Origin: a virus
Taxonomy: Duplodnaviria; Caudoviricetes
Virus record (IMG/VR): IMGVR_UViG_3300022680_000054
Location: 1-52,367 of that record
Direction: 5' to 3' (one strand)
Length of the DNA: 52,367 nt
This document shows positions 25,875-33,061 of this stretch, one piece after another. The notes below the pieces were generated by a model, which did not search any database, had not been told where the DNA came from, and saw nothing but the letters and a program-made list of their open reading frames with translations. The stretch's first letter is position 1; each line of letters opens with the position of its first letter. Position numbers and translations under genes: made by a program.

Positions 25875-26791
25875 TGGACATCAATATCATGGCACTACCA
25901 TTAATCGGCACGCTGCGCAAAGGCGCGGCCAAACAGGCCAACCGGCCCGGCAAAGACCTGGATCATTTCCGCTTCGACCCGTCGCCGGGCTACGGTGGAC
26001 TGATGCCCGACTGGGTGGCCCTGTACGGCGATCAGCCGCAGTCCATCCCCGGCGTGCGCTTCCTGGATGACAAGCCGTTCATGTTTGCCTTCGAGAAGTG
26101 GGGCGGTAACAATACGCTGCAAGTCCGGCACGATGGACACGTGTACCTCAAGCGCTGGACCAACAACGGCTATAACTATAATAATGATCCGGTTGAAGAC
26201 CATCACCACGAGGACTGCCAGCCGGTCGGGCGGCTGGCCTTCATGCTGCCTGAGTTTTTTGTCAGGACCGGGGTGGTGGGCACCTTCCGCCTGATCACAA
26301 CCTCCATTGTGGACCGTGACACCATCCAGGCATATCTGCAATTCATGCGCCTGATGGGTGCCCCGCTTCCCAGCCTTGATTTTACACTGTCCCGCGTCCC
26401 GCGAGACTTCACCATAGAGATCAACGGCAAACCATCCAAGACCACAAAATACATGGTGCAGCTGGATGCCGATGCCGCCCAGGTACGGGGCACGCTGCAA
26501 GCGGGGGCCAATGCGCCGCAGCTGGGGGCAGGCCAGGAGCGGTGGGTGCTCAAAGGCGAATGGATCGCAAAGTTCTACGCCCGTGCCCTGGAAATGGGCT
26601 TTGACGAAAGCGAAGCCTTGATTGCTCTGTCGGTGGAAGAAGCCGAGCGCACCGGTCGGGCCATGCTGGAATTGGCCGATTACACCGGAACAGCAGAAGA
26701 TGCCATCCGGGCGCTGGATATGTACCACGCCTCGACAGTAGAGGAAATGGCCGCGCTGCCAGCGGCCACAGCCAGGAACGGGAACCGCTAA
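25874..26791 (+). CDS. phage recombination protein, Gp3/recombination-directionality-factor-like family
   Basis: LPLIGTLRKG..PGKDLDHFRF and C.PVGRL.FML..G.FRLITTS pattern; recognised by eye. Confidence 0.65.
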   Translation: MDINIMALPLIGTLRKGAAKQANRPGKDLDHFRFDPSPGYGGLMPDWVALYGDQPQSIPGVRFLDDKPFMFAFEKWGGNNTLQVRHDGHVYLKRWTNNGYNYNNDPVEDHHHEDCQPVGRLAFMLPEFFVRTGVVGTFRLITTSIVDRDTIQAYLQFMRLMGAPLPSLDFTLSRVPRDFTIEINGKPSKTTKYMVQLDADAAQVRGTLQAGANAPQLGAGQERWVLKGEWIAKFYARALEMGFDESEALIALSVEEAERTGRAMLELADYTGTAEDAIRALDMYHASTVEEMAALPAATARNGNR

Positions 26792-27034
26792 ATGCCTCAA
26801 ATTGTGCTGGTGAACGGGGTCACCCTGCGGGGTGACCTCCGGCCCCTGGAAGACCTGCTGGCCGGCGGGGTGCGACCTGCACCGTCTGCCATCGGAAGGC
26901 TGCCGGACGCCCCCGGCGCTGCACGATGTGCGGGCGGGTGGTTTGCACCCTGCCGGAGTGCCGCCAGGTACTGGAGGCCAACGGCGGCCTGTGCCCTGAT
27001 TGTTATTATGTGTATGGAGCCTGAACGATGGTAA
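26792..27034 (+). CDS. hypothetical protein
   Basis: Abuts the upstream stop. Confidence 0.5.
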   Translation: MPQIVLVNGVTLRGDLRPLEDLLAGGVRPAPSAIGRLPDAPGAARCAGGWFAPCRSAARYWRPTAACALIVIMCMEPERW

Positions 27035-27384
27035 TCACGCTGCCCCGCCTGGAGACCCATGACGGCCTGATCGTACGCACCGACGCCCCGCCGTTCCGCT
27101 GGGTGGTCGCCGACCCGGAGCCGGCCCACCAGCCGCGCCGCCGCTATCACCCGCTGCCATCGGAGAGCCGCCACACTTTCCCGCCCCGCTTCGACCGGCC
27201 TGGACGCGGCAGGCTGCACGGGCAGGGCGCGGTCACCATTCAGTTGCGCCCGGTCATCCGGCAGGGAACGGTTTGCTGGCCGGATACCATGACACTGCGA
27301 CAAAGCCCCACCCGCTGCGAGGACTGGCACGCGGCGCGGAACGCCTATAAACGTTCCAACGACTGGAAGTTGGGGGCACGATGA
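27028..27384 (+). CDS. hypothetical protein
   Basis: GGAG RBS, coupled to neighbours. Confidence 0.6.
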   Translation: MVITLPRLETHDGLIVRTDAPPFRWVVADPEPAHQPRRRYHPLPSESRHTFPPRFDRPGRGRLHGQGAVTIQLRPVIRQGTVCWPDTMTLRQSPTRCEDWHAARNAYKRSNDWKLGAR

Positions 27385-27848
27385 CACTGACACGCACTGC
27401 ATACGAAGCCGCCCGGCTGGTCGCTCACGTCGCCTGGGGCGATGCCTGGGAAACGTTCGGACACTATGCGCCGGAGACCAAAAAACAGCATGCCAGGGTG
27501 GTCTACTGGCAGAGCCGGATCAACGCGCTGAACGGTCACGGGCCAACCCTGGCCCTGACGGCCACCTGCCAGAACGCGCCCCTGGACGCCATCGCGGCGG
27601 CCCTGGGCCTGTCGTCCAGTTGCCGCCAGAAGCTGCGAACGGCTGGCGCGGGTGGCCTGAATCTGTACACGGTGCGGGACAAGGTGCGCAAACTCAAGCA
27701 GAGCGGGGCGATTAAAGGCGCGGGTGGCGTGTACATCACCCACGAGCGCAACCGTCGAGGGGATAAGGTGTATCATAGGCTCAGGCTCAACATTTGCGCG
27801 GGCGGTCGGCGCGTACGGCGTGACCTGGGCAGTTATCGAGTAAGGTGA
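27381..27848 (+). CDS. hypothetical basic protein
   Basis: ATGA overlap, 155 aa. Confidence 0.65.
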   Translation: MTLTRTAYEAARLVAHVAWGDAWETFGHYAPETKKQHARVVYWQSRINALNGHGPTLALTATCQNAPLDAIAAALGLSSSCRQKLRTAGAGGLNLYTVRDKVRKLKQSGAIKGAGGVYITHERNRRGDKVYHRLRLNICAGGRRVRRDLGSYRVR

Positions 27849-27884
27849 TTATGGCGCGGCTGAGTTGGCCGCGCAGGAGAGTGA

Positions 27885-28340
27885 GTGATGGATAATTATA
27901 AACCGGGTGATGCTGTCATATTGCATGACGGTCGCGAAGATAGCCAATGCGCCACTGTAAGCCGGGTTATTGAGCGCGACGGGGAAAATGTGTATGTTTT
28001 GTCGGTTGAGGTTAAAGCATGGGAGTGGGAAGTGTCCGCAGCACAGGCCACCCCGCCCGCCGACGAGGGGGCGGAAGCATCCACCGAGCAGGAAGAACGC
28101 GACGCGCTCAAGGCCGAGGTCGTGCGGTTGCGGGAAACCATCAGCGACCAAGAGCACAGTCGGTTACAGATGATTGCCGAACGCGACGCCCTGGCCGCGC
28201 AGGTGGCGACGGCGCGGGAAACCATGACGCTGCTTAGGCGGGTAGCCGCAGAGAAGGCCGATACCTGCTTTAACTGTGATAGCATATGGACCGCGCTAAG
28301 AGACGCCCTCGCAACTCTGGGCGGGGAGCCGGGCGAATGA
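27885..28340 (+). CDS. hypothetical protein (SH3-like N-terminus plus coiled coil)
   Basis: YKPGDAVIL start, heptad ERDAL repeats, AGGAG RBS. Confidence 0.65.
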   Translation: MMDNYKPGDAVILHDGREDSQCATVSRVIERDGENVYVLSVEVKAWEWEVSAAQATPPADEGAEASTEQEERDALKAEVVRLRETISDQEHSRLQMIAERDALAAQVATARETMTLLRRVAAEKADTCFNCDSIWTALRDALATLGGEPGE

Positions 28341-28564
28341 CTACCTTCTCAGTAGGCGATAGCGTGCGCATCACGCGCGATATTTACCGACGCCACAACG
28401 TCAGGCGCGGCGAGGTCTGTGTCGCACAGGCTGGCGATGTGGGCGAGGTCGTCGAGACTATCTGCGTCGGGGGCATCGTTGAGGAATATGCCATAATGAT
28501 GACCGGGCGCGTATCCGAGTGGATTGTGTATGCGTGGGCGGATTGGGTTGAAGCGGCAGAATAG
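28337..28564 (+). CDS. small SH3-like hypothetical protein
   Basis: FSVGDSVRI..GDVGEVVE; ATGA overlap. Confidence 0.65.
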   Translation: MTTFSVGDSVRITRDIYRRHNVRRGEVCVAQAGDVGEVVETICVGGIVEEYAIMMTGRVSEWIVYAWADWVEAAE

Positions 28565-28575
28565 CAAGTAAAACG

Positions 28576-28603
28576 ATTTCACGTAAGCGCTGATTTACGT
28601 GCC
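28576..28603. repeat. dif/lox-like quasi-palindrome A
   Basis: ATTTCACGTAA-GCGCTG-ATTTACGTGCC, between a stop and the next RBS. Confidence 0.4.
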
Positions 28604-28617
28604 CCGGAGGGCAACCG

Positions 28618-28869
28618 ATGACCGACCCGCGACGTGCTTTCTTCGACGAACACGACCACGCGCTAGACTATGGTGAGGCGCTCACTGTCTGGCCGGAGCC
28701 AGGACGCACCTGTGCCGACTGTAACACGCTGCTAGTCTGCCCTGAGTGCGGGAGTGAGCCGGACATTGTGTGCGGGCTGGATAACCAGGGCGCGTGGTGG
28801 CGGTTGGTTTGCGCGTGTGGGTGTGACCTGGGCGGGGTTGGGTATCGATGGCGAGAGAATGGAGAATGA
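28618..28869 (+). CDS. small zinc-finger-like protein
   Basis: CADC, CPECG, CACGC; GGAGG RBS. Confidence 0.65.
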   Translation: MTDPRRAFFDEHDHALDYGEALTVWPEPGRTCADCNTLLVCPECGSEPDIVCGLDNQGAWWRLVCACGCDLGGVGYRWRENGE

Positions 28870-28902
28870 TGGGGCGCGAAAAGGGTGAATAGACCACCCC
28901 AC

Positions 28903-28930
28903 ATTTCGTAGAATGAATTGAATACGAAGT
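28903..28930. repeat. dif/lox-like quasi-palindrome B
   Basis: ATTTCGTAGAA-TGAATT-GAATACGAAGT; the 34-mer 28900-28933 matches loxP at 24 of 34 positions. Confidence 0.6.
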
Positions 28931-28948
28931 TAAAAACAGGAGAGGGAT

Positions 28949-29245
28949 ATGGCAAGAAAACGCCGGTTGTGGAAAACATTTTACCTGGACGATACAGAGC
29001 ACTATCATCGCCTGAAGGCGGCAATGATTGACACTGGAAAATATACGGCGACGTTCGCACATGGTCAATTAGAAACCAACCTGCCTGTATCTGAGTTGCG
29101 AGCTTATTTTAGGCTCGTAGAGATTCCGTGGCAGGATTACGTAAGCGACACTGAGCCGCGCATTATTCCACTCGTCGATGACAACGCGCTAGACGATGAC
29201 GCATTTTTGTGGTGGTACCGAAAATCAGAGGAGCTTACCGACTAG
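28949..29245 (+). CDS. hypothetical protein
   Basis: AGGAGAGG RBS, 98 aa. Confidence 0.7.
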   Translation: MARKRRLWKTFYLDDTEHYHRLKAAMIDTGKYTATFAHGQLETNLPVSELRAYFRLVEIPWQDYVSDTEPRIIPLVDDNALDDDAFLWWYRKSEELTD

Positions 29246-29329
29246 CCGCCCTGCGGCGGACAGGAGTAAGGCTCTGTTTTCAATCAGGGTGTGGGTTGAA
29301 CCCACGCTCTACAAAAGGAGAGTGACAAG

Positions 29330-29530
29330 GTGACAGATAATTTGTATGAGTATTGTCCGCAGTGTTCCGACATCATGGAATACGATTATGACCTTGAAAG
29401 GTGGTATTGCCGACACTGCCCGATCACGGTCTGCGATTGCGGCATGGGCGACGCATCACTGCCTGAGATACACGCGAAAGATTGCGTGGTACAGACCACA
29501 GCCGACCCGCCAGCCAGCGGCGGGAGGTGA
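29330..29530 (+). CDS. small zinc-ribbon protein
   Basis: YCPQC..YCRHC; AAGGAG RBS; paralogue at 32452. Confidence 0.65.
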   Translation: MTDNLYEYCPQCSDIMEYDYDLERWYCRHCPITVCDCGMGDASLPEIHAKDCVVQTTADPPASGGR

Positions 29531-29534
29531 GCGC

Positions 29535-29777
29535 GTGAAATACCAGATCATTCAACATGAACCAAGTAGACACCGAGCCAAGGGTCATTTGTACATTGAC
29601 GATGATAGATATTCGTGTTTATGTGGTCGTCCGATGCAGGATGATGATTGGCCTATCGGGGAGTGTGATAGCGAAACGGTGAAATTAGGTTACTTCCTGC
29701 ACAGCACGGCAGGCCATAACATGCACAGAGTTTCATTGTGCCTAAAATGTATTCGAGTCGCACAGAAGCGCGAATAA
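29535..29777 (+). CDS. small Cys/His-rich protein
   Basis: GGAGGT RBS then GTG; H..CLCG..CLKC. Confidence 0.65.
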   Translation: MKYQIIQHEPSRHRAKGHLYIDDDRYSCLCGRPMQDDDWPIGECDSETVKLGYFLHSTAGHNMHRVSLCLKCIRVAQKRE

Positions 29778-29805
29778 CTGCGTATATCCGTTGTTTCTAC
29801 GCAGT
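29777..29805. repeat. dif/lox-like quasi-palindrome C
   Basis: ACTGCGTATAT-CCGTTGT-TTCTACGCAGT starting at a stop codon; ATAACTGCGTATA matches a loxP arm at 12 of 13 positions. Confidence 0.6.
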
Positions 29806-29835
29806 AAAGAGAGGAATAAGAGCGTGGGCATAAAT

Positions 29836-29866
29836 GAAACCGCCGCCTCTCGGCGGCGACGGTTTC
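29836..29866. terminator. hairpin terminator for the inverted gene
   Basis: GAAACCG-CCGCC-TCTC-GGCGG..CGGTTTC just after the minus-strand stop at 29881. Confidence 0.5.
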
Positions 29867-29880
29867 TAATGGGCGGTGTT

Positions 29881-30129
29881 TTACATGTCCATAAATGGGT
29901 ACAGCTTGCGGGCGCTTTTTGGATAAACGCGGTATCCATAGCTGGGGCATCCGTTCATGTTGGCGTGTTCGTCATTGGGGTCTGTCCACCACACCGTACC
30001 ATCATAGGCACCTGCAATTTGCAGGGCTGCGCGTGCGGCGCGGGGGGTCAGTTTATCAAAACCCCAAATCTGAACTTGGCCGCCCAACTTGTTTCCGCGT
30101 GGCCCGTATTCAACCGTAACCTGTAGCAT
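29881..30129 (-). CDS. hypothetical protein, inverted moron-like gene
   Basis: GGAGGT RBS, own consensus promoter and terminator. Confidence 0.75.
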   Translation of the reverse strand: MLQVTVEYGPRGNKLGGQVQIWGFDKLTPRAARAALQIAGAYDGTVWWTDPNDEHANMNGCPSYGYRVYPKSARKLYPFMDM

Positions 30130-30162
30130 GTCAACCTCCATAGTGTTTACTTATCTGAACAT

Positions 30163-30191
30163 AGTATATCAAAAGTGTTCAAAAATGTCAA
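30163..30191 (-). promoter_or_regulatory. promoter of the inverted gene
   Basis: TTGACA-17 nt-TATACT, overlapped by the inverted repeat TGAACA..TGTTCA. Confidence 0.8.
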
Positions 30192-30221
30192 CACTTAGGG
30201 GGTTACAAATAGGTTAGAATA

Positions 30222-30260
30222 ATTGCGTAGAATCGTCGGATAACCGCTTTTCTGCGCAGT
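30222..30260. repeat. dif/lox-like quasi-palindrome D
   Basis: ATTGCGTAGAA-17 nt-TTCTGCGCAGT; right arm is a near-direct repeat of site C. Confidence 0.6.
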
Positions 30261-30273
30261 GAAACGAGGAACC

Positions 30274-31332
30274 ATGTATTTTATCCGTCACGCAACGCTA
30301 GACGATATACCAGCCATCAAGCAGATCGCCAATCGCTATAAAAATGAATTGGGGTTTGTTAACCGTGCCGCGCTGTCGGAATCAGTAAACAGGCATGAGC
30401 TATTTGTAGCTGCGTTGCAAGATGGGCAAGTGGTCGGCTTTGTGAATTGGCACCTGCGGCGCGATGAATGGACAACCATTTATGAAATTGCGGTGCGACC
30501 CGATCTAACCGGGCACGGCATTGGACGGGCGCTATTGTATGCTGTACCAACCCCGCACCGCCTGAAATGCACAGTGGATAATCCGGCCAATAGATTCTAT
30601 CAAGGGTCCGGTATGCAATGCGTAGGCGTAGAGGAAGGCCGCAAACGTCCGTTAAACGTGTGGGAGCGGCGTAATTTGTATATCTGGGTGCAAGGCAACA
30701 ACCGCAAGGTGCCCGCCATTGCCCGTTATGCTGGTATGGCCTACGGTACGCGCCACGATGATACCCCGCGGGCGTGGCCGTTCATGGTAGATATAAATTG
30801 GAAGCGATACGACTGGGATGATTACCTACACAAAATACGGCGGTGGCGCCCAGTGATGGCAATGGTGCCCGATTATGAACACGAAGGGCAGCGAATGCAA
30901 CTATACCGCCAGATTGACGACCTACAAGCAGCGGGTGTATTGCGCGTGTTGGTCTGCCCTAAATTTAACGGGGCAGTTAAACATATCCCCTGGCGCTGTG
31001 TGGTGGCGGTGAGCGTGCCCAGTTCTTACGCGGGTTTTGTGCCCGATTATCGTGAATTGGCCGGGCGTCGTGTCCACCTTCTAGGCGGTAGCCCTAACAA
31101 ACAAAAGGAGATGATAACTCAAATGCTGGGTTCGGGTGTCCGGGTATGGTCACTTGATGGAAATTCACACAACGCCGCCAGCGCTAAGGGTACAGTGTGG
31201 GCCGATGACAAATGGCGACGGGCAAAACCACATGAAGCGGTGGAAAAGTATCATACAATGCAAATATCGGCCTATAACATTACCCGAACAATGCAACGGG
31301 CCGGAGCAGTCACACAATTGCCGCTGTTGTAG
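30274..31332 (+). CDS. GNAT acetyltransferase fused to a DUF6610-like (TGT-barrel-like) domain
   Basis: IRHATLDD..IYEIAV..GHGIGRALL..ANRFY (GNAT); FMVDINWK, AMVPDY, VPSSYAG, RVHLLGGSP, SLDGNS in the C-terminal part. Confidence 0.75.
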   Translation: MYFIRHATLDDIPAIKQIANRYKNELGFVNRAALSESVNRHELFVAALQDGQVVGFVNWHLRRDEWTTIYEIAVRPDLTGHGIGRALLYAVPTPHRLKCTVDNPANRFYQGSGMQCVGVEEGRKRPLNVWERRNLYIWVQGNNRKVPAIARYAGMAYGTRHDDTPRAWPFMVDINWKRYDWDDYLHKIRRWRPVMAMVPDYEHEGQRMQLYRQIDDLQAAGVLRVLVCPKFNGAVKHIPWRCVVAVSVPSSYAGFVPDYRELAGRRVHLLGGSPNKQKEMITQMLGSGVRVWSLDGNSHNAASAKGTVWADDKWRRAKPHEAVEKYHTMQISAYNITRTMQRAGAVTQLPLL

Positions 31333-31343
31333 ACCCCTTCCGC

Positions 31344-31371
31344 ATTACGTATAAGGGTCGATAGTCGAAAC
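31344..31371. repeat. dif/lox-like site E
   Basis: ATTACGTATAA-GGGTCG-ATAGTCGAAAC, nearly identical to site H. Confidence 0.6.
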
Positions 31372-31385
31372 TAAGGAGAGAACGC

Positions 31386-31760
31386 ATGGGAAAGACACGA
31401 GAATACTTTGATGCAGTTGAGGAAATCCAGCGCGAGCTTGAACGTCACGAAAAAGAAGCAAAATCGCACGAGCATAATGGCAGATCGGGATACCGCAACT
31501 ATTGCGAAATGATGGCCTTCCGAGATGGTATGTTGTACGCGCTGGAACTCATGGGCATCGACGTTCTGGACTTGGGCCTGGAATACTGTTTTACGGAGCC
31601 GCTACAGCCAGCCGCGCCCGCGTGCCCTGAGTGCGGTACTGAACAGATTCAAGGGGATGATGAGATAGACGGTCTACCGTATTGGTATTGTGGTGCCTGC
31701 CAAGTTACCGCTGAGGATGCACAGGCCGACAACTGGCGCAAGCAACAAACCACCGACTGA
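31386..31760 (+). CDS. hypothetical protein with C-terminal zinc ribbon
   Basis: AAGGAG RBS; CPECG..YCGAC. Confidence 0.7.
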   Translation: MGKTREYFDAVEEIQRELERHEKEAKSHEHNGRSGYRNYCEMMAFRDGMLYALELMGIDVLDLGLEYCFTEPLQPAAPACPECGTEQIQGDDEIDGLPYWYCGACQVTAEDAQADNWRKQQTTD

Positions 31761-31809
31761 CCGCCCGCCGCACTCGAACAACACGAATACGAAGTTAAGG
31801 AGATTGAAT

Positions 31810-32139
31810 ATGCAATTTTATCGAGCAGATTACCCAACAATCATGAGCGGGCTTGTCGTACGCTACAAAGGCATTGTGAACTATGCCAACCACCCAGAGG
31901 TCAATGTATCACGAGATGGTGTTTCGTTTGATGGTTGTTGGCCGACAATGAAACCGGGGTCGCTTGCTGTATTGCGCGATTTGTTGTTACACGCTGAACG
32001 TCAGCATATAGAGATCATGCGACATGATCGAGCGTTGCCATTCGATAGCGATCCCGTGTGTGTCGTACGCCATATCAAGCCCCACTTCGGCAGTAAGGCA
32101 AAGGGGGAAGTGTTAGCTGAGCGAAAGCTCACCGACTGA
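31810..32139 (+). CDS. hypothetical protein
   Basis: AAGGAG RBS before MQFYRA; preceded by GAATACGAAGTTAA, identical to the right arm of site B. Confidence 0.7.
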   Translation: MQFYRADYPTIMSGLVVRYKGIVNYANHPEVNVSRDGVSFDGCWPTMKPGSLAVLRDLLLHAERQHIEIMRHDRALPFDSDPVCVVRHIKPHFGSKAKGEVLAERKLTD

Positions 32140-32193
32140 CCGCCAGCATCGCACGTGGCATAGCCGAAAAAAGCCCATAAGGAGGGCGAAGCA

Positions 32194-32403
32194 ATGAAAT
32201 TGTGGAAAGCTCGTTACTGGCTACGCGAGATGCGCAGGCGAACTCGCGTGTTTTTCGCGTGGTTCGATCTATGGGTGGGACTGTACTGGGACACAAAAAA
32301 GTACATTCTATATCTATGCCCACTGCCGATGCTGGTTATCAGTATAGACTTTGGGCCTCCGCGTCTGCCATTGTGGAGTAAGCACCGGCTGCGGATTAAT
32401 TAA
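32194..32403 (+). CDS. small Trp-rich hypothetical protein
   Basis: AAGGAGG RBS; FAWFDLWVGLYWD..LYLCPLP. Confidence 0.7.
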   Translation: MKLWKARYWLREMRRRTRVFFAWFDLWVGLYWDTKKYILYLCPLPMLVISIDFGPPRLPLWSKHRLRIN

Positions 32404-32412
32404 CCGACCCGC

Positions 32413-32439
32413 AATTCGTATAAGGTCGATAGCCGAAAC
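32413..32439. repeat. dif/lox-like site H
   Basis: AATTCGTATAA-GGTCG-ATAGCCGAAAC. Confidence 0.6.
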
Positions 32440-32451
32440 GGAGATTAAACG

Positions 32452-32604
32452 ATGTTGATGGAAACGCTTTACGATTATTGTCCTGTCTGTCAGGATATTA
32501 TGGAATACGATTATGAGCTTGAGTGCTCGGTCTGCACTCACTGCAATGTCACGGTGCCAGAAGCCCAAGCCACCCCCGCGCCAAGCGCGGAAGGGGGCGA
32601 GTGA
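32452..32604 (+). CDS. small zinc-ribbon protein (50 aa, absent from the ORF track)
   Basis: MLMETLYDYCPVCQDIMEYDYELECSVCTHCNVTVPEAQATPAPSAEGGE; GGAG RBS. Confidence 0.65.
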   Translation: MLMETLYDYCPVCQDIMEYDYELECSVCTHCNVTVPEAQATPAPSAEGGE

Positions 32605-32804
32605 TGGAATACAACGACCAGACAAAAACGCTCCATATTCGACTGATGGACGCTGAGCACGCCGGGCTAGACTGGTCGGCGCTACAATTCGAGATGAGTG
32701 TGTATGGTCTGGACGAGTCAATCTGGCCGGACACTATCGTGATTGATGTAAAGACCGGAGCCGTGCAGTTAATCCGACCCGCCGACGCGGAAGGGGGAGA
32801 GTGA
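32604..32804 (+). CDS. hypothetical protein
   Basis: TGATG coupling, MEYNDQ start. Confidence 0.6.
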   Translation: MEYNDQTKTLHIRLMDAEHAGLDWSALQFEMSVYGLDESIWPDTIVIDVKTGAVQLIRPADAEGGE

Positions 32805-33031
32805 TGGGAACTAAGATCACCGAAAAGACACTAACCACCGGCCAGCGTAGCGCACTTGTCAACTCATGGTGGGAACCGCAATGGCGGCGCGACTTCACCG
32901 AGGGCCAGGTCATAGACATATTCGAGCCGCTTTGCCAGTTAGGGCTGATGGATTACGACTATGAGCTAGACGCCTATGTGCGGTCAAAGGACGGGCACGA
33001 GCTGCTCAAATCGTGGGGCTTCACCCGGTAA
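32804..33031 (+). CDS. hypothetical protein
   Basis: TGATG coupling; last plus-strand gene. Confidence 0.65.
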   Translation: MGTKITEKTLTTGQRSALVNSWWEPQWRRDFTEGQVIDIFEPLCQLGLMDYDYELDAYVRSKDGHELLKSWGFTR

Positions 33032-33033
33032 TG

Positions 33034-33061
33034 AGATCGTAGAATCGCACTTACACGATCA
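33034..33061. repeat. dif/lox-like quasi-palindrome I
   Basis: AGATCGTAGAA-TCGCAC-TTACACGATCA at the junction of the converging early and late units. Confidence 0.55.

Noticed and set aside
27833-27859. Additional dif-like site TTATCGAGTAA-GGTGA-TTATGGCGCGG
   Set aside because: Lies at a stop codon like the others but the arm match is too weak to count
28576-33061. CRISPR array or classical integron
   Set aside because: Repeats are degenerate and separated by whole genes; no cas or intI gene and no GTTRRRY attC ends
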